A DNA stretch of 64,000 bases, from the NCBI GenBank assembly GCA_002269645.1, contig NIVC01000578.1, positions 200,549 through 264,548 on the forward strand. Direction: 5' to 3'. Source of the stretch: Macrostomum lignano. Lineage: Eukaryota. Below are positions 10,501 through 20,487 of the stretch, one piece after another. A program made the position numbers and the translations under genes. The notes below the pieces were generated by a model. It made no database searches. It had not been told where the DNA came from and saw only the letters and a program-made list of their open reading frames with translations. Each line of letters begins with the position of its first letter. The first letter of the stretch is position 1.

Positions 10501-13018
10501 GAATATGCGTCAGTGGATGACGAATTCTGCCTCCTTCAACGCGCATCTTCCGGAGCAAGATGTGGGTCACGCCAAAAAAGTCCTTGGGCTCGTCTGGTGT
10601 TCGAGTAATGACGTCATTCGTATGGATTTCCGTGACTTGGCTTGCGTGCACAGTGAGCATTGTCCAACTAAGCGCTCAGTACTAAGTAAGCTGGCATCAG
10701 TGTACGATCCGCTTGGACTAGTGTCTCCAGCCGTAATCTCTGCCAAGATATTGCTTCAACAGTTGTGTGTCAGAAAAATCGACTGGGATGAGCCTCTCCC
10801 ACCTGACATCTCCCAGGCTTGGCACTCCTGGCAGCAATCGTGGGATGGTTGCATCTTCGAGTTTCCTCGTTATTTCCTCCGCACGCTTGGTGCCAAGCCA
10901 ACAAACATTCAACTGCACGGCTTCTGTGATGCTAGTGAGTCAGCTTTTGCTGCTTGCATCTACGCGCGTGTTGCATCTGACGATGGCGCCGTCGACACCG
11001 TGCTCCTCATGGCTAAGTCTCGCGTTGCGCCGCTGCTGAATCTATCCATTGCTCGCTTGGAACTGCTAGGAGCCTTAATACTATCGCGCCTTATGCACCT
11101 GGTCTCACAACAATTCCCAGGCGCGGAGCGTTTCCTTTGGACTGACAGTTTAACGACACTCTGCTGGATCACTAACATAGAAAAGCTTCGCAAGGTGTTT
11201 GTTCAGAATCGGGTCCGAGAAATTCGTAGCTTAACCTCTATTTCTGAATGGCGACATGTGCCAGGAGAGAATAATCCTGCCGACATTCCATCTAGAGGCT
11301 GTCGACCAGAGAGTCTGCAGTCCAACACCCTCTGGATGCACGGCCCAGATTTTTTGCGTTCAGGAGACTTTCCGTCATCTCTAACTCCGTTTCCTCAACC
11401 GGTTGCCGAAGAGTCCACGTCTCAGTCTGGTACAGTGCTCCTTGCCTCTGTGGCTGCAGCCACGTTCCCTGATCGTGAGTCTGTTTTGGATTCCCCAACA
11501 TCGGACGTTTCTTCGATTATTGATGTCGAGCGTTTCTCTAGTTTTAACAAGTTACTTCGCGTCACAGCTTGGGTCAGGCGTTTCGTTCTGAATTTAAAGG
11601 CCTCGTTGGCGCGGTCACCGCTACAAAAATTCAATTTTGTGACCGCAGCAGAGCTGCACACGTGTGAAACACTCTGGCTCCGTTCTGCTCAACGTTCTGG
11701 ATTCTCGAAAGAAATCGATCACCTCTCGAAACACTCGACAGCTACTCCGCTGTGCAGGGATCTAAATCTGGTTCTCGACGACGAAGGTTTGCTTCGATCG
11801 AAAGGACGAATCGGTGAAGCCTTTCCCTATGAGACCAATTATCCAATTCTAATTCCTCGTCATTCTCACCTGGAGCAGCTCCTCATCAGGAGAGCTCATC
11901 AGTCAGTCGCGCACGGGGGAGTCGCTCCCACGCTCTGCAAGATTCGAGAGAAGTTTTGGGTACTCAAAGGTAGACAGCGAGTGAAGCAGGAGTTGTCTCG
12001 GTGTGTTGTATGTCGGAAGATTCAAGGGCGTACGTACACCGTGCCGGTCGTTTCCCAGTTACCGAACTTTCGTTTGGCGGATCTTCGCCCCTTTCAGACT
12101 GTTGGTCTCGACTATTTTGGTCCGATTTTGTATCGGACGGGGGAGAGTGACGTCTCGACTAGTGAGCCTGCAAAAGGGTACGTGTTGCTCTTCACATGCT
12201 CGACCACTCGAGCAGTGCATTTGGAGCTGCTATCAGATATGTCAACTCGACAATTTCTTCACGGCTTGCGACGCTTTGTGGCGCGTCGTGGACTTCCTTC
12301 GTTGATCAGCGACAACGCAAAAACCTTCCGTTCAGCAGCTCGAATCCTCGGTGCCAGCACTAGCGATCAGGTGCAGGCGTTCTGTGCTGAAAGGAGAATT
12401 ACCTGGCAGTTCATACCGGAAAGGGCCCCATGGTGGGGCGGATTCTGGGAGCGGTTAGTTGGAGTCATTAAGGGCTCTTTGAAGAAAAGCATCGGCCGTG
12501 CTCAGTTAAACTTTGATCAGTTGTCGTCTACAATCATCGAAATCGAAGCTATCATCAACAGTAGGCCATTGTTGTACGTCTCTGCCGATGACCGGAGTGA
12601 AGTTATTACTCCTTCACACTTTCTACTTGGAGTGCGACTCACTTGGGAACCTGATCAAGGTGCGACTCAGTCGTCAACGCTGCTGTCACTACCTAGACGA
12701 CTCGATCTTCTGCGCAACGCTCTGAATCGTTTCTGGAAGGTTTGGCAAGAGGACTACGTCACCGCTCTCCGCGAGAAGCCATTGCATGGGCAAGGATGTG
12801 GTCCCTTTCCGAAACCTGGTGACGTTGTGGTGGTGTGCGGTGAATCACACCAGCCGAGGCTGATGTGGAAGCTCGGTGTTGTTGAGTCGGTTTCTGTTGG
12901 TCGTGATGGTGTCAGTCGCTCTGCTCTGGTTCGTGTAGTTAGCGGTGTGGGAGCTAGGAGGAGGGAGCGCATTAGGCGCCCGGTGCGAGCCTTGGTGCCA
13001 CTCGAAGTCTCTGAGTAA
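7565..13018 (+). CDS. BEL/Pao Gag-Pol polyprotein (~1817 aa from the ATG at 7565)
   Basis: DUF1759-like gag (LPTFDG..W..FWDQF), three Cys/His knuckles, protease LLDTAS, RT YVDN, RNase H FCDAS, integrase H-H-C-C + DYFGP + SDNA + WWGGFWE, and a C-terminal DUF5641-like region. Uninterrupted. Confidence 0.96.
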   Translation: MSAEVKKRALIRAAVTRTIAKADKLLSLSWWNAEAVADAEACLEVLKEKLEALKGADEVIQEDLSEDKMESELAESYDYSFRCRKFIKLLENSQSSNVAHQQPSGSAQPQVKLPRCQLPTFDGTVTGWQTFWDQFSSSVDSNSSLADIDKFNYLLASLSDSAKAGIRGLAVTGANYAAAITILRDRFGKPDLIVRDLMHQLSELRLSDTSLSSLQRFHDDVSAAVRSLEAQNVQAASYETLLLPNLLKRCPDEFRLDMLKSAAYSGSQCDSVKDFLHLLSREIEVREKAVLIGKKTGHDRERSGGSPKPSLSTLTVQSSSNSTPKEHGKIFCTYCKAGHKSEDCLQFATADRRREFLHQEKRCFRCLRTGHGARTCNDPRQCRFCDGAHHVSICNKVPAKTVITRPAGLAKSNKPAGKQLGRQARSNNQCLPTTAVSAESSPLDHSAQAPSDNSNARADAGSSVTVCATHEEPAPVASPNHVSDHFSSTMFLSSNPSVALPVAKAILLSADGQRELLIRVLLDTASNRSYIRKDVCDLLGITATRSEPLTVSTFTGLNTTIESGTVTFSIRKIDSRQVLNIRANMVNDICQPQRSVLVNQFPHLRNLDLAAPHDSRDESTPISVLIGADQYYDIVGGEVVRGSSGPSAVSSKLGFVLCGPVKLTEDSGSPANNSAADGPSEASQVLCCTVADPLTVTSDCDLSRFWRLEAIGISEVQCQSSIDEFVCDPQLINGRYEVKLPWKHPDSSLVLRNHFDLAYKRLDTTMRALSRQPDTFEKAFAIIREQEATGVIEKVPDADLQQDTNCHYLPHSCVVKADSEHTKLRIVFDGSARTFREDYSINDHLQVGPTDFPRIPEILLRFRRNPIAILGDIEKAFLQISVHAGDRDMLRFLWPDLSDERQICHYRFCRLPFGLTCSPGVLRATILRHLDTFESAFPECVGIVRKDLYVDNLVTSCSSDTEALALYHDAKKLFDLAGMNMRQWMTNSASFNAHLPEQDVGHAKKVLGLVWCSSNDVIRMDFRDLACVHSEHCPTKRSVLSKLASVYDPLGLVSPAVISAKILLQQLCVRKIDWDEPLPPDISQAWHSWQQSWDGCIFEFPRYFLRTLGAKPTNIQLHGFCDASESAFAACIYARVASDDGAVDTVLLMAKSRVAPLLNLSIARLELLGALILSRLMHLVSQQFPGAERFLWTDSLTTLCWITNIEKLRKVFVQNRVREIRSLTSISEWRHVPGENNPADIPSRGCRPESLQSNTLWMHGPDFLRSGDFPSSLTPFPQPVAEESTSQSGTVLLASVAAATFPDRESVLDSPTSDVSSIIDVERFSSFNKLLRVTAWVRRFVLNLKASLARSPLQKFNFVTAAELHTCETLWLRSAQRSGFSKEIDHLSKHSTATPLCRDLNLVLDDEGLLRSKGRIGEAFPYETNYPILIPRHSHLEQLLIRRAHQSVAHGGVAPTLCKIREKFWVLKGRQRVKQELSRCVVCRKIQGRTYTVPVVSQLPNFRLADLRPFQTVGLDYFGPILYRTGESDVSTSEPAKGYVLLFTCSTTRAVHLELLSDMSTRQFLHGLRRFVARRGLPSLISDNAKTFRSAARILGASTSDQVQAFCAERRITWQFIPERAPWWGGFWERLVGVIKGSLKKSIGRAQLNFDQLSSTIIEIEAIINSRPLLYVSADDRSEVITPSHFLLGVRLTWEPDQGATQSSTLLSLPRRLDLLRNALNRFWKVWQEDYVTALREKPLHGQGCGPFPKPGDVVVVCGESHQPRLMWKLGVVESVSVGRDGVSRSALVRVVSGVGARRRERIRRPVRALVPLEVSE

Positions 13019-13423
13019 ATTTTGAAGTGTGAGAGTTCCATTTAAACTTTATTTTTCATCATTTCTATTTAATGATCGCGTCTTTTGCTTTCTGTTTCTT
13101 TGTTGCAAGAGGTGACTCGTTTAGCCTTGGTAGTTTTTTTTTGTTTCCTAGTGACAGTTACTTATTGGCCTTAGCGTCATCGTGTTATTTTCTCTAAATC
13201 GCTAAGTGTTTTGTCACCAACCTTTTGTATGTTTCATGTCATTTATTACAATTTTTTTTCATTGTTTGTCGAATCTTTAGTGATGATTGGTGAAGGAATC
13301 CTCAACCTTTTCAATGGTCTAAATTTTCTTATAATGAAGTCATTGTCATTTCCTGTGTTTGTTTTTTTTGCGTTTTTTTTGGAATTTTTGGTATCGGGAA
13401 AAATGTGATCATTTTTGGGGGAG

Positions 13424-13780
13424 TGTCGCGAAATTTCAGCTTGCGCTAATAGAATTCACTTGCTCCCTTTTCATTTTCTTCCATTCCCTGTGTGCCTAGT
13501 CCATCTTCTATCTACCGCGCTCTACGTACTGTACATTCTTATCTTGTTTTCCGATTATCGATCGGTGAGTTTTCAGTCAGCCCCCCCCCTCGGTCTCGTT
13601 AGAGCATTTTAGCCCTCGCCCTTCTTACCCATTTTCTTCTTATCTATTCTCTACCCCCCTCTCTCAACCACGCAAATAAATATACTGCTGGAGGAGCCTT
13701 TTCATCCTAACTTTGGTTTTCAAGTTGTTATTGTCAACGTATTCACTGGCCAGTGTTATTTCTTCAGTTATTTTTCTACA
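13424..13780 (+). repeat. 3' LTR (357 bp)
   Basis: Direct repeat of 6599-6957. Confidence 0.97.
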
Positions 13781-13785
13781 TCACT

Positions 13786-14054
13786 TACCTCGGGCCACAC
13801 ACATCTATTACTGAAGCGTGCAAACCCGAAAACTTTAATCAGCTTATGCGCTACCTCCGGGCCACCCGCAGGGCTGAACTCTCCTTTCCAGAGAGGTCTA
13901 TAGCTGCTGGCGACACTGGGGGACCTCCCTGGGCGGCGCCAACCCTTCGTCTATAGCGACGCGTCGGCTATTCAGGGATTAGCGGGATGCGCGTTCGCGC
14001 CTTCCCGCTGTGTCCCTCCTGAAACAGCCCTGCAGTTAAGTCAAGTAAGTCAAG
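13786..14054 (+). mobile_element. 3' end of the interrupted LINE
   Basis: The frame ...TQARLT resumes after the TSD as YLGPHTSITEACKPENFNQLMRYLRATRR. A short structured 3' UTR ends in AAGTCAAGTAAGTCAAG. Confidence 0.8.
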
Positions 14055-14290
14055 AGGGGACGCCAGCTACAGAGGGGACGCCAGCTACAGAGGGGACGCC
14101 AGCTACAGAGGGGGCGCCAGCTACAGAGGGGGCGTCAGCTAGAGAAGGGGCGCTAGCTACAGAGGGGACGCCAGCTACAGAGGGGGCGCCAGCTACAGAG
14201 GGGACGCCAGCTACAGAGGGGGCACCAGCTACAGAAGGGACGCCAGCTACAGAGGGGGCTCCAGCTACAGAGGGGGCGCCAGCTACAGAG
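14055..14290. repeat. 18-bp minisatellite (AGAGGGGACGCCAGCTAC)n, ~13 copies
   Basis: Read directly from the sequence. Confidence 0.95.
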
Positions 14291-14644
14291 TGTGGTACCG
14301 GAGCGCTGAGCTCTAGGCACTGCAGTGACTAACTAACTAGTTGATATCATGTATGTGCACCGGCAACATGCACACTTTCTCTCTTGCTCTCTTTGGCCTG
14401 TCTGGCTGTAACCCTTAGATTTCATGTACCTATTTGTCATTACGTGACCCATTTCGTTATTGATCTATCAACCACCGCCATGCATAAAATCTGTAGAAGA
14501 TGCTGATATTACTGAGGAAACCGCTGAAACTGTCTGTGCTACTTTTGTTAGTAGCATATGCCTAAAAATCTATAAAATAAAAAACCTAGGATAAAGGATC
14601 TTCGTATGGGTTCATTTGTTTGTACTTTAAATTAAACTGAAGCG

Positions 14645-14777
14645 TGCATGCAGCTCGCGTCGCAACCCAGCAGGTTGTCGATGGGGCTTCCAGCTGGCTG
14701 CACGGTGCGGTAGAACGGCCCGCCGGAGGAGGTCGGGTTCATGTAGACGCGGGGAGCTGCGACGAAGTTGTTTCCAG
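14645..14777 (-). pseudogene. Inverted orphan fragment of WSC-PAN exon 2
   Basis: GNNFVAAPRVYMNPTSSGGPFYRTVQPAGSPIDNLLGCDASC, with its own acceptor (TCATTCCAG). No exon 1 on this strand. Confidence 0.85.
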
Positions 14778-15359
14778 CTGGAATGAGCAATGAGCCAGTT
14801 CGCTTAGAAATCTCCAAATGAAGAAAAGTAGAAGAATTTTCATGCGCCATGCAAACCAATATGGCGGCTCTAAACTCAACTCCTCACTTCTCGCGTTTAT
14901 TGATCGCAAGACAGCTCACTCCTACAGTGTTGGAGCGCCTTCTCCTACTCTCCACCGCTCCTCCTTGGATTGCCAGAGGAAAAGCTGCCGTGGATGGAAA
15001 CAAGCGACTTAAAACCGGGGCCTGTTGCAGTCCCTGTCAATAAGTCTCTTCCATTAAGGTTTGATGGGCTATCTCGGCCTCCCATTGTTTGATTTTTTCT
15101 CTCAAAGCTACTGTAGCAGCTCTCGGCTTTTGTCTTCCGCCCCGCTCCGGAGCTCCAGGAGCTCCGCTCCCGCAGGCGCTCGCTCAAGAGTGCAGTGCCG
15201 TTCCGCTACAGTGACTCTGCAACATCTCCATGCGGCTCAAAGCCTCTTCAACTCAACTTTCCAGAATGAGTTTAAAAAGGAGTCAAGCAGAGACAGCAGC
15301 TGCTGCGATCAAGTCCGGCTTACTTTGAGCGGCAGTTCGCCACCCAAAACAGTCTGAAA

Positions 15360-16150
15360 ATGTACCTTGCAGGCCCTCTGCTGATGCTGCTGTGCGCTCG
15401 GCTCTGCTTGGCTGCTGAGTTCGGCTTCGTCGGCTGCTACAGGGACAACACCGGGGGTGCCAGGGACCTCGGTGGACTGACCGGCATGTCCTCCATCGGG
15501 CCCTACGCGGTGAGCACAGTTAATAAAGGCGTGATCCGAAACGACATGACGCTGCAGCTGTGCAGCCAGATCTGCGAGCTGGGCAACTTCAAGTACTTCG
15601 GCACGCAGTACAGCACAAACTGCTTCTGCGGAAACTCGTACGGCAGTCAGGGCGGTGCCTTAGCGAGCGACTGCAACATGAACTGCGCTGGCAACGCTAG
15701 CCAGATCTGCGGCTCGGGAAACCGAAATTCGGTTTACCAGCAGATTAACCACCGTCCCAGTGAGCAGCGGCTGCCTTGCAATTTTTATGGCTGAGGGATT
15801 TGATGGATTCAGGCCTTACTGTCCCTCTATGGGACTACTGAAACTGCCCGATGACATTTCACACTTTACACTGACACTTTATTGATAAGCAGCTGCCCTG
15901 AATTTTGCTCATTGCAGTCGGCAACAAGTTCGTCACAGCTCCCCGCGTCTACATGAACGCGACCTCCTCCAGCGGGCCCTTCTACCGCACCTTGCAGCCG
16001 GCCAGAAGCCCCATCGACTGCCTGTCGCTTTGCCGGTCCAGCTGCCAGGCTGTCCTGTTCCACCTGGACACCTGCTACCTGCTGAAACTGCCGGTTCTGC
16101 CGCAGCAGCTGGTCGGCGTTCATGGCGGGGAGTTCTTTGTCCGTGGCTAA
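15360..16150 (+). CDS. Secreted WSC-domain + PAN/apple-like protein, copy 1 (intact, ~210 aa)
   Basis: Exon 1 15360-15759: signal peptide and WSC Cys pattern GCY..C..C..YFG.QY...CFCG..C...C.GN...CG...NSVY, donor GTGAGC. Exon 2 15918-16150: acceptor TTGCAG, C-x3-C-x3-C..C pattern. The phase-1 splice is consistent, total 633 nt. Confidence 0.85.
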
Positions 16151-16690
16151 GAAGACCTGATGCTTCAGCTCGTACTTGCGCTGCGATCAACTTGGTGGTG
16201 TTTTCTGTTAATCCTCGGTGTTAATTCCTTAATCTGTGGTTTTTCAGTTCTCTTAAAAACTTTGGCTTGTTTCTAATTTTACAAAACCTTTGTCAGATCC
16301 ACTTTAAGTTTTTTTAGTTTCAGTAATAACAGTTCAAATGTTGTACCTTCGAGACTAAACACCTTTGTGAGCACTGACTACACTTTAGTTTAGGTTGCAA
16401 TTAAAATGAAAAATAGTAGTGAACCTATAATAAAGGACTATTTATTTGTCTAAAATGTGGGCTCAAATTTTGTGGGTCCTTGCAGCCCCCCCCAAAAAAA
16501 AATAAATATACAGGTTTCGCCTTCTCAGCCATGCTATCCAGCATTCACAATGTGCGCCTTGCTTGTCGTCTTTGAATTTTTGGCAGCGTTTGTCGAACCT
16601 GACAGTCGCTCCCTGCGCTGCTGAATGACTTAGAGAAGAATCTGACAATATTAGTAGCTTGAGCTTCTACCGGCAGCCATTGAAATTTTC

Positions 16691-17125
16691 ACACTTGTGC
16701 TGGATCGTGGCTAGACCGACAGCTCGGGCATGACTTTGATTGGCCCAGGCAGCCATTGGTATTTGCACACTTGTGCTGGTTCGTGGCTAGACCGACAGCT
16801 CGGGCATGACTTTGATTGGCCCAGGCAGCCATTGGTATTTGCACACTTGTGCTGGTTCGTGGCTAGACCGACAGCTCGGGCATGACTTTGATTGGCCCAG
16901 GCAGCCATTGGTATTTGCACACTTGTTCTGGTTCGTGGCTAGACCGACAGCTCGGGCATGACTTTGATTGGCCCAGGCAGCCATTGGTATTTGCACACTT
17001 GTGCTGGATCGTGGCTAGACCGACAGCTGGGGCATGACTTTGATTGGCCCAGGCAGCCATTGGTATTTGCACACTTGTGCTGGATCGTGGCTAGACCGAC
17101 AGCTCGGGCATGACTTTGGTTTGCC
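16691..17125. repeat. 76-bp tandem repeat, ~5.7 copies
   Basis: Unit CACACTTGTGCTGGTTCGTGGCTAGACCGACAGCTCGGGCATGACTTTGATTGGCCCAGGCAGCCATTGGTATTTG. Confidence 0.95.
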
Positions 17126-18070
17126 CAGGCAGCCAAGATCGGCATAATATGCCCGATGGGAAATATCAATAATTGTCCTTCAATTGCGTCAAATGGCACA
17201 TAGAAAACAGGTAGAAGTAGAATGACAAAATAACTGTCGAGTATTACGAGTACTAAAGACGGTTGCAATCGACGGTTTTTGTGCAGATTATGCTGATTAG
17301 CATAATTGTGCCGTAACAATGCCAACTGTGTCGCCGGTCAAGAATCAGAAAGAACACTTAATTTTATGTTGCATTTGTGCATAAAAATGAAGTGGCAAGT
17401 GTTGTATGCCCGAGTATATACGAGTTAGTAATATTGTATTATAGTAATAATATGTAATCAGTTTAGATTGAAAAAACAAAAGCAAAACAAAAACGGTGAG
17501 ATATAACGAAAAAAAACACGCCATCACGGCAAACAGAAACAGACAAACAGAAAAGCTTGAAAAGATAAACTGCACTGAATAAATGGATTGATTTAAGTGT
17601 ACATTTTGTGGGATGGTCAGTGTGGAGCAGGGCACCTAACGGCTGACGGCAGCCGTGAAATCCGTGAAGTCAAACCCCCCCTGCTGTGCTGAGCCGGTGG
17701 ATCCACCGTGGACCCCACGCTCGGCCAGCTGTACTGGCTGTATACTTGAGATTTTATTATTGCCCTTTGCGCTACTCTGTTTGAGTAGTACATATTGAAT
17801 GTAACATATATAAATAAACATAAAAAATATATCAATACATGAATATAACAATATAACAAATATAACAGGAAACCTAAAAACATTAAATTTGTGTTTTTCA
17901 TGTTTCTGAAGCGCTACTTGTATAGTGATGCTAATCAAATTAATGTCTACTGACTCTACATGAAGGACAACTGATAATCTAATACTATATAAGTTTACTA
18001 AGAGTACTGTGGTAAAGTTGCGCGTCTGAGAAAAAGTAGAATTAAGAAGGTGAGCGCTATCATTTTTTAT

Positions 18071-18110
18071 GCGACATGTTTCGCCTCGCGTCAGGCATCG
18101 TCAGGCTCTT
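18071..18110 (-). ncRNA. Minimal hammerhead ribozyme motif in the 3' pLTR
   Basis: Minus strand reads GAGC-CTGACGA-TGCCT-GACGCG-AGGC-GAAA-CATG-TC-GC: core CUGANGA, 4-bp stem II, GAAA, palindromic stem III ACAUGU, GUC cleavage triplet. Confidence 0.75.
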
Positions 18111-18588
18111 AAAATTAGTAACGATTTATTTGTTCATTAATATTTAACAATTAAGACTAAGAACGGGTCGATAAAAGTCAGAAATGTATATAAATTAACA
18201 GTAGATTGTACAGTCCGACGGAGAGGTCACAGAGTTGCAATGAGGGGAGAGAGAGAGAGAGAGAGAGAGTGAGATGAGCACAAGTGTACACCTAGAATAC
18301 TCTAAGGAGGGCACTGGCACCGTGATTGGCAAGTTGCTTATTTAGGATTGGTTTACGCGATTTTATATACAGGGCTTCAAGCACTTTTAGTCTGTACTCA
18401 TTTGAGCACGTATGGATGGTGGAAAAGTTTTTATCTATTTGGCTGTCACAGCATTCTTTGCATATCATCAGGTGGTCGTGCACGGCCGACATCTTTTGCC
18501 TATGTTCTCTACTTCTCACGTACAGGTGTCGGGTAGTTTCACCTATGTAGGTGATACTCTGGTCGCCAGAGCATTGAAATTGGTAAAT

Positions 18589-18637
<49 letters not shown>

Positions 18638-18771
18638 CTCATTGCAACTCTGTGACCTCTCCGTCGGACTGTACAATCTACTGTTAATTTATATACATTT
18701 CTGACTTCTATCGACCCGTTCTTAGTCTTAATTGTTAAATAAAAATGAACAAATAAATCGTTACTAATTTT

Positions 18772-18811
18772 AAGAGCCTGACGATGCCTGACGCGAGGCG
18801 AAACATGTCGC
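18772..18811 (+). ncRNA. Minimal hammerhead ribozyme motif in the inverted pLTR
   Basis: CTGACGA 18778-18784, stem II GCCT/AGGC, GAAA 18800-18803, GTC 18807-18809. Confidence 0.75.
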
Positions 18812-18896
18812 ATAAAAAATGATAGCGCTCACCTTCTTAATTCTAAGTTTACTAAGATTATTCAGAAAAGATGTTAAATTTGTCAACACAATTTGG

Positions 18897-19080
18897 CAAA
18901 GAGCCGGCAAGTTCAGCAGGTAGCAGGTCCCCAGGTGGAACAGGGCAGCCTGGCAGCTCGCGTCGCAACCCAGCAGGCAGTCCATAGAGCTTCTGGCCGG
19001 CTGCACAGTGCGGTGGGAGGGCCCGCCGGAGGAGGTCGGGTTCATGTAGACTCAGGGAGCTGCGACGAACTTGTTGCCAA
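18897..19080 (-). pseudogene. Second inverted orphan fragment of WSC-PAN exon 2
   Basis: GNKFVAAP*VYMNPTSSGGPSHRTVQPARSSMDCLLGCDASCQAALFHLGTCYLLNLPAL. The flank is homologous to 14780-14845. Confidence 0.85.
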
Positions 19081-19690
19081 CTGGAATGAGCAATGAGCCA
19101 GTTCACTTAGAAATCTCCAAATGAAGAAATCGTTGAAGAATTTTCATGCGCCATGCAAATTAAGATTCTGAGTAGGTTTGGGGAAAACAAAAAGTCTAAC
19201 AGCAATTGGGAGGCCAAACCCCCAGACGTTTGGAAAACGCCTTGTGCGGCTCTAAACTCAACTCCTCACCCCTCGCGTCTATATTGATCGCAAGACACAG
19301 TTCACTCCTATAGTGTTGGAGCGCCTTCTCCTACTCTCCACCGCTCCTCCTTGAACTGTAGGAAGAGCTGACGTGGGTGGAAGCAAGTGACTTAAACTGG
19401 GGACTGACTTCTGTAGGCCCTGACAACAAGTCTCTTCTATTAAGATCTCTTCTATTAAGATTGGATTGCCTATCTCGGCCTCCCATTGTTTAATTTTTTC
19501 GTTCTCTGCCAAGCAGCTCCTGGCTTTTGTCCCACAGGCGCTCGATTGAGAGCGCAGTGCCGTTCCGCTATAGTGACTGCCGCAGCATCCCCATGCGGCT
19601 TAAAGCCTCTTCAACTTGACTTTCCAGAATGAGTTAAAAAGGAGTCAAGCAGATAAAGTCAGCTGTCAAAAGAACCAAAGCTGTCAGAAA

Positions 19691-20487
19691 ATGTACCTCG
19701 CAGGCCCTCTGCTGCTGTTGCTTCTGTTTGGCTGCTGAGTTCGGCTTTGTCGGCTGCTACATAGACAACATACCCTGGGGTTTCAGGGACCTCGTCGGAC
19801 TGGACGGCATGTCCTCCATAGGGCCCCACACGGTGATCACAGAAAAAAATTGCGTGATCAGGGACGACATGACGCTGCAGCTGTGCAGCCAGATCTGCGA
19901 GCTGGGCAACTTCAAGTACTTCGGCGCGCAATACAGTAGCGAGTGCTTCTGCGGAAACTCGTACGGAAGTCAGGGCGGTGCTCCAGTGAGCGACTGCAAC
20001 ATGAACTGCGCTGGCAACGCTAGCCAGATCTGCGGCTCTGGAGGCCGGAATTCGGTTTACCTGCAGTTTAACCACCGTCCCAGTGAGCAGCGGATTTCTC
20101 GCAATTTTTGTGGCTGAGGGATTTGATAGACTAAGGGCTAACTGACCCTCTATGAGACTACTGACACTGCCCGATGACATTTCACACTTTACATCACACT
20201 GACTTTTCAAGCATTGATAATCAGCTGAACTGAACTGCATTTTGCTCATTGCAGTCGGCAACAAGTTCGTCGAAGCTCCCCGCGTCTACCTGAACGCGAC
20301 CTCCTCCGGCGGGCCCTTCTACCGCACCTTGCAGCCGGCTAGAAGCCTCATCGACTGCCTGCTGGGTTGCGATGCGAGCTGCCAGGCTACCCTGTTCCAC
20401 CAGGGTACCTGCTACCTGCTGAAATTGCCGGCTCTGCCGCAGCAGCTGGTCGGCGTTCATGGCGGGAAGTTCTTTGTCCGTGGCTAG
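19691..20487 (+). pseudogene. WSC-PAN copy 2, frameshifted in the signal peptide
   Basis: ATG at 19691. There are 37 nt to the TTG GCT GCT GAG anchor versus 48 nt in copy 1, an 11-nt loss. Exon 1 to 20082 and exon 2 20255-20487 are otherwise open, with GT/AG intact. Confidence 0.8.

Larger units (their letters stand above)
6599..13780 (+). mobile_element. Full-length BEL/Pao LTR retrotransposon
   Basis: TG...CA LTRs at 6599-6957 and 13424-13780. 5-bp TSD TCACT (6594-6598, 13781-13785). PBS TGGCGCCCGA at 6958-6967, PPT at 13416-13423, single gag-pol ORF. Confidence 0.98.
18037..18845 (-). mobile_element. Penelope-like element fragment: GIY-YIG endonuclease C-terminus flanked by inverted pseudo-LTRs
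   Basis: Minus strand ~18590-18292 encodes IYQFQC..YIGETTR.L..R..EH..SAV.DH..LEALYI..KP.LN. Segment 18037-18265 is the reverse complement of ~18600-18845. Confidence 0.9.

Noticed and set aside
16691-17125. CRISPR-like appearance of this and other regular arrays (57, 60, 39, 31 bp)
   Set aside because: The units are head-to-tail with no unique spacers, there are no cas genes, and the context is eukaryotic.
17630-17745. GC-rich island in AT-rich DNA, possibly an exon on the minus strand
   Set aside because: No recognisable motif and no convincing splice partners.
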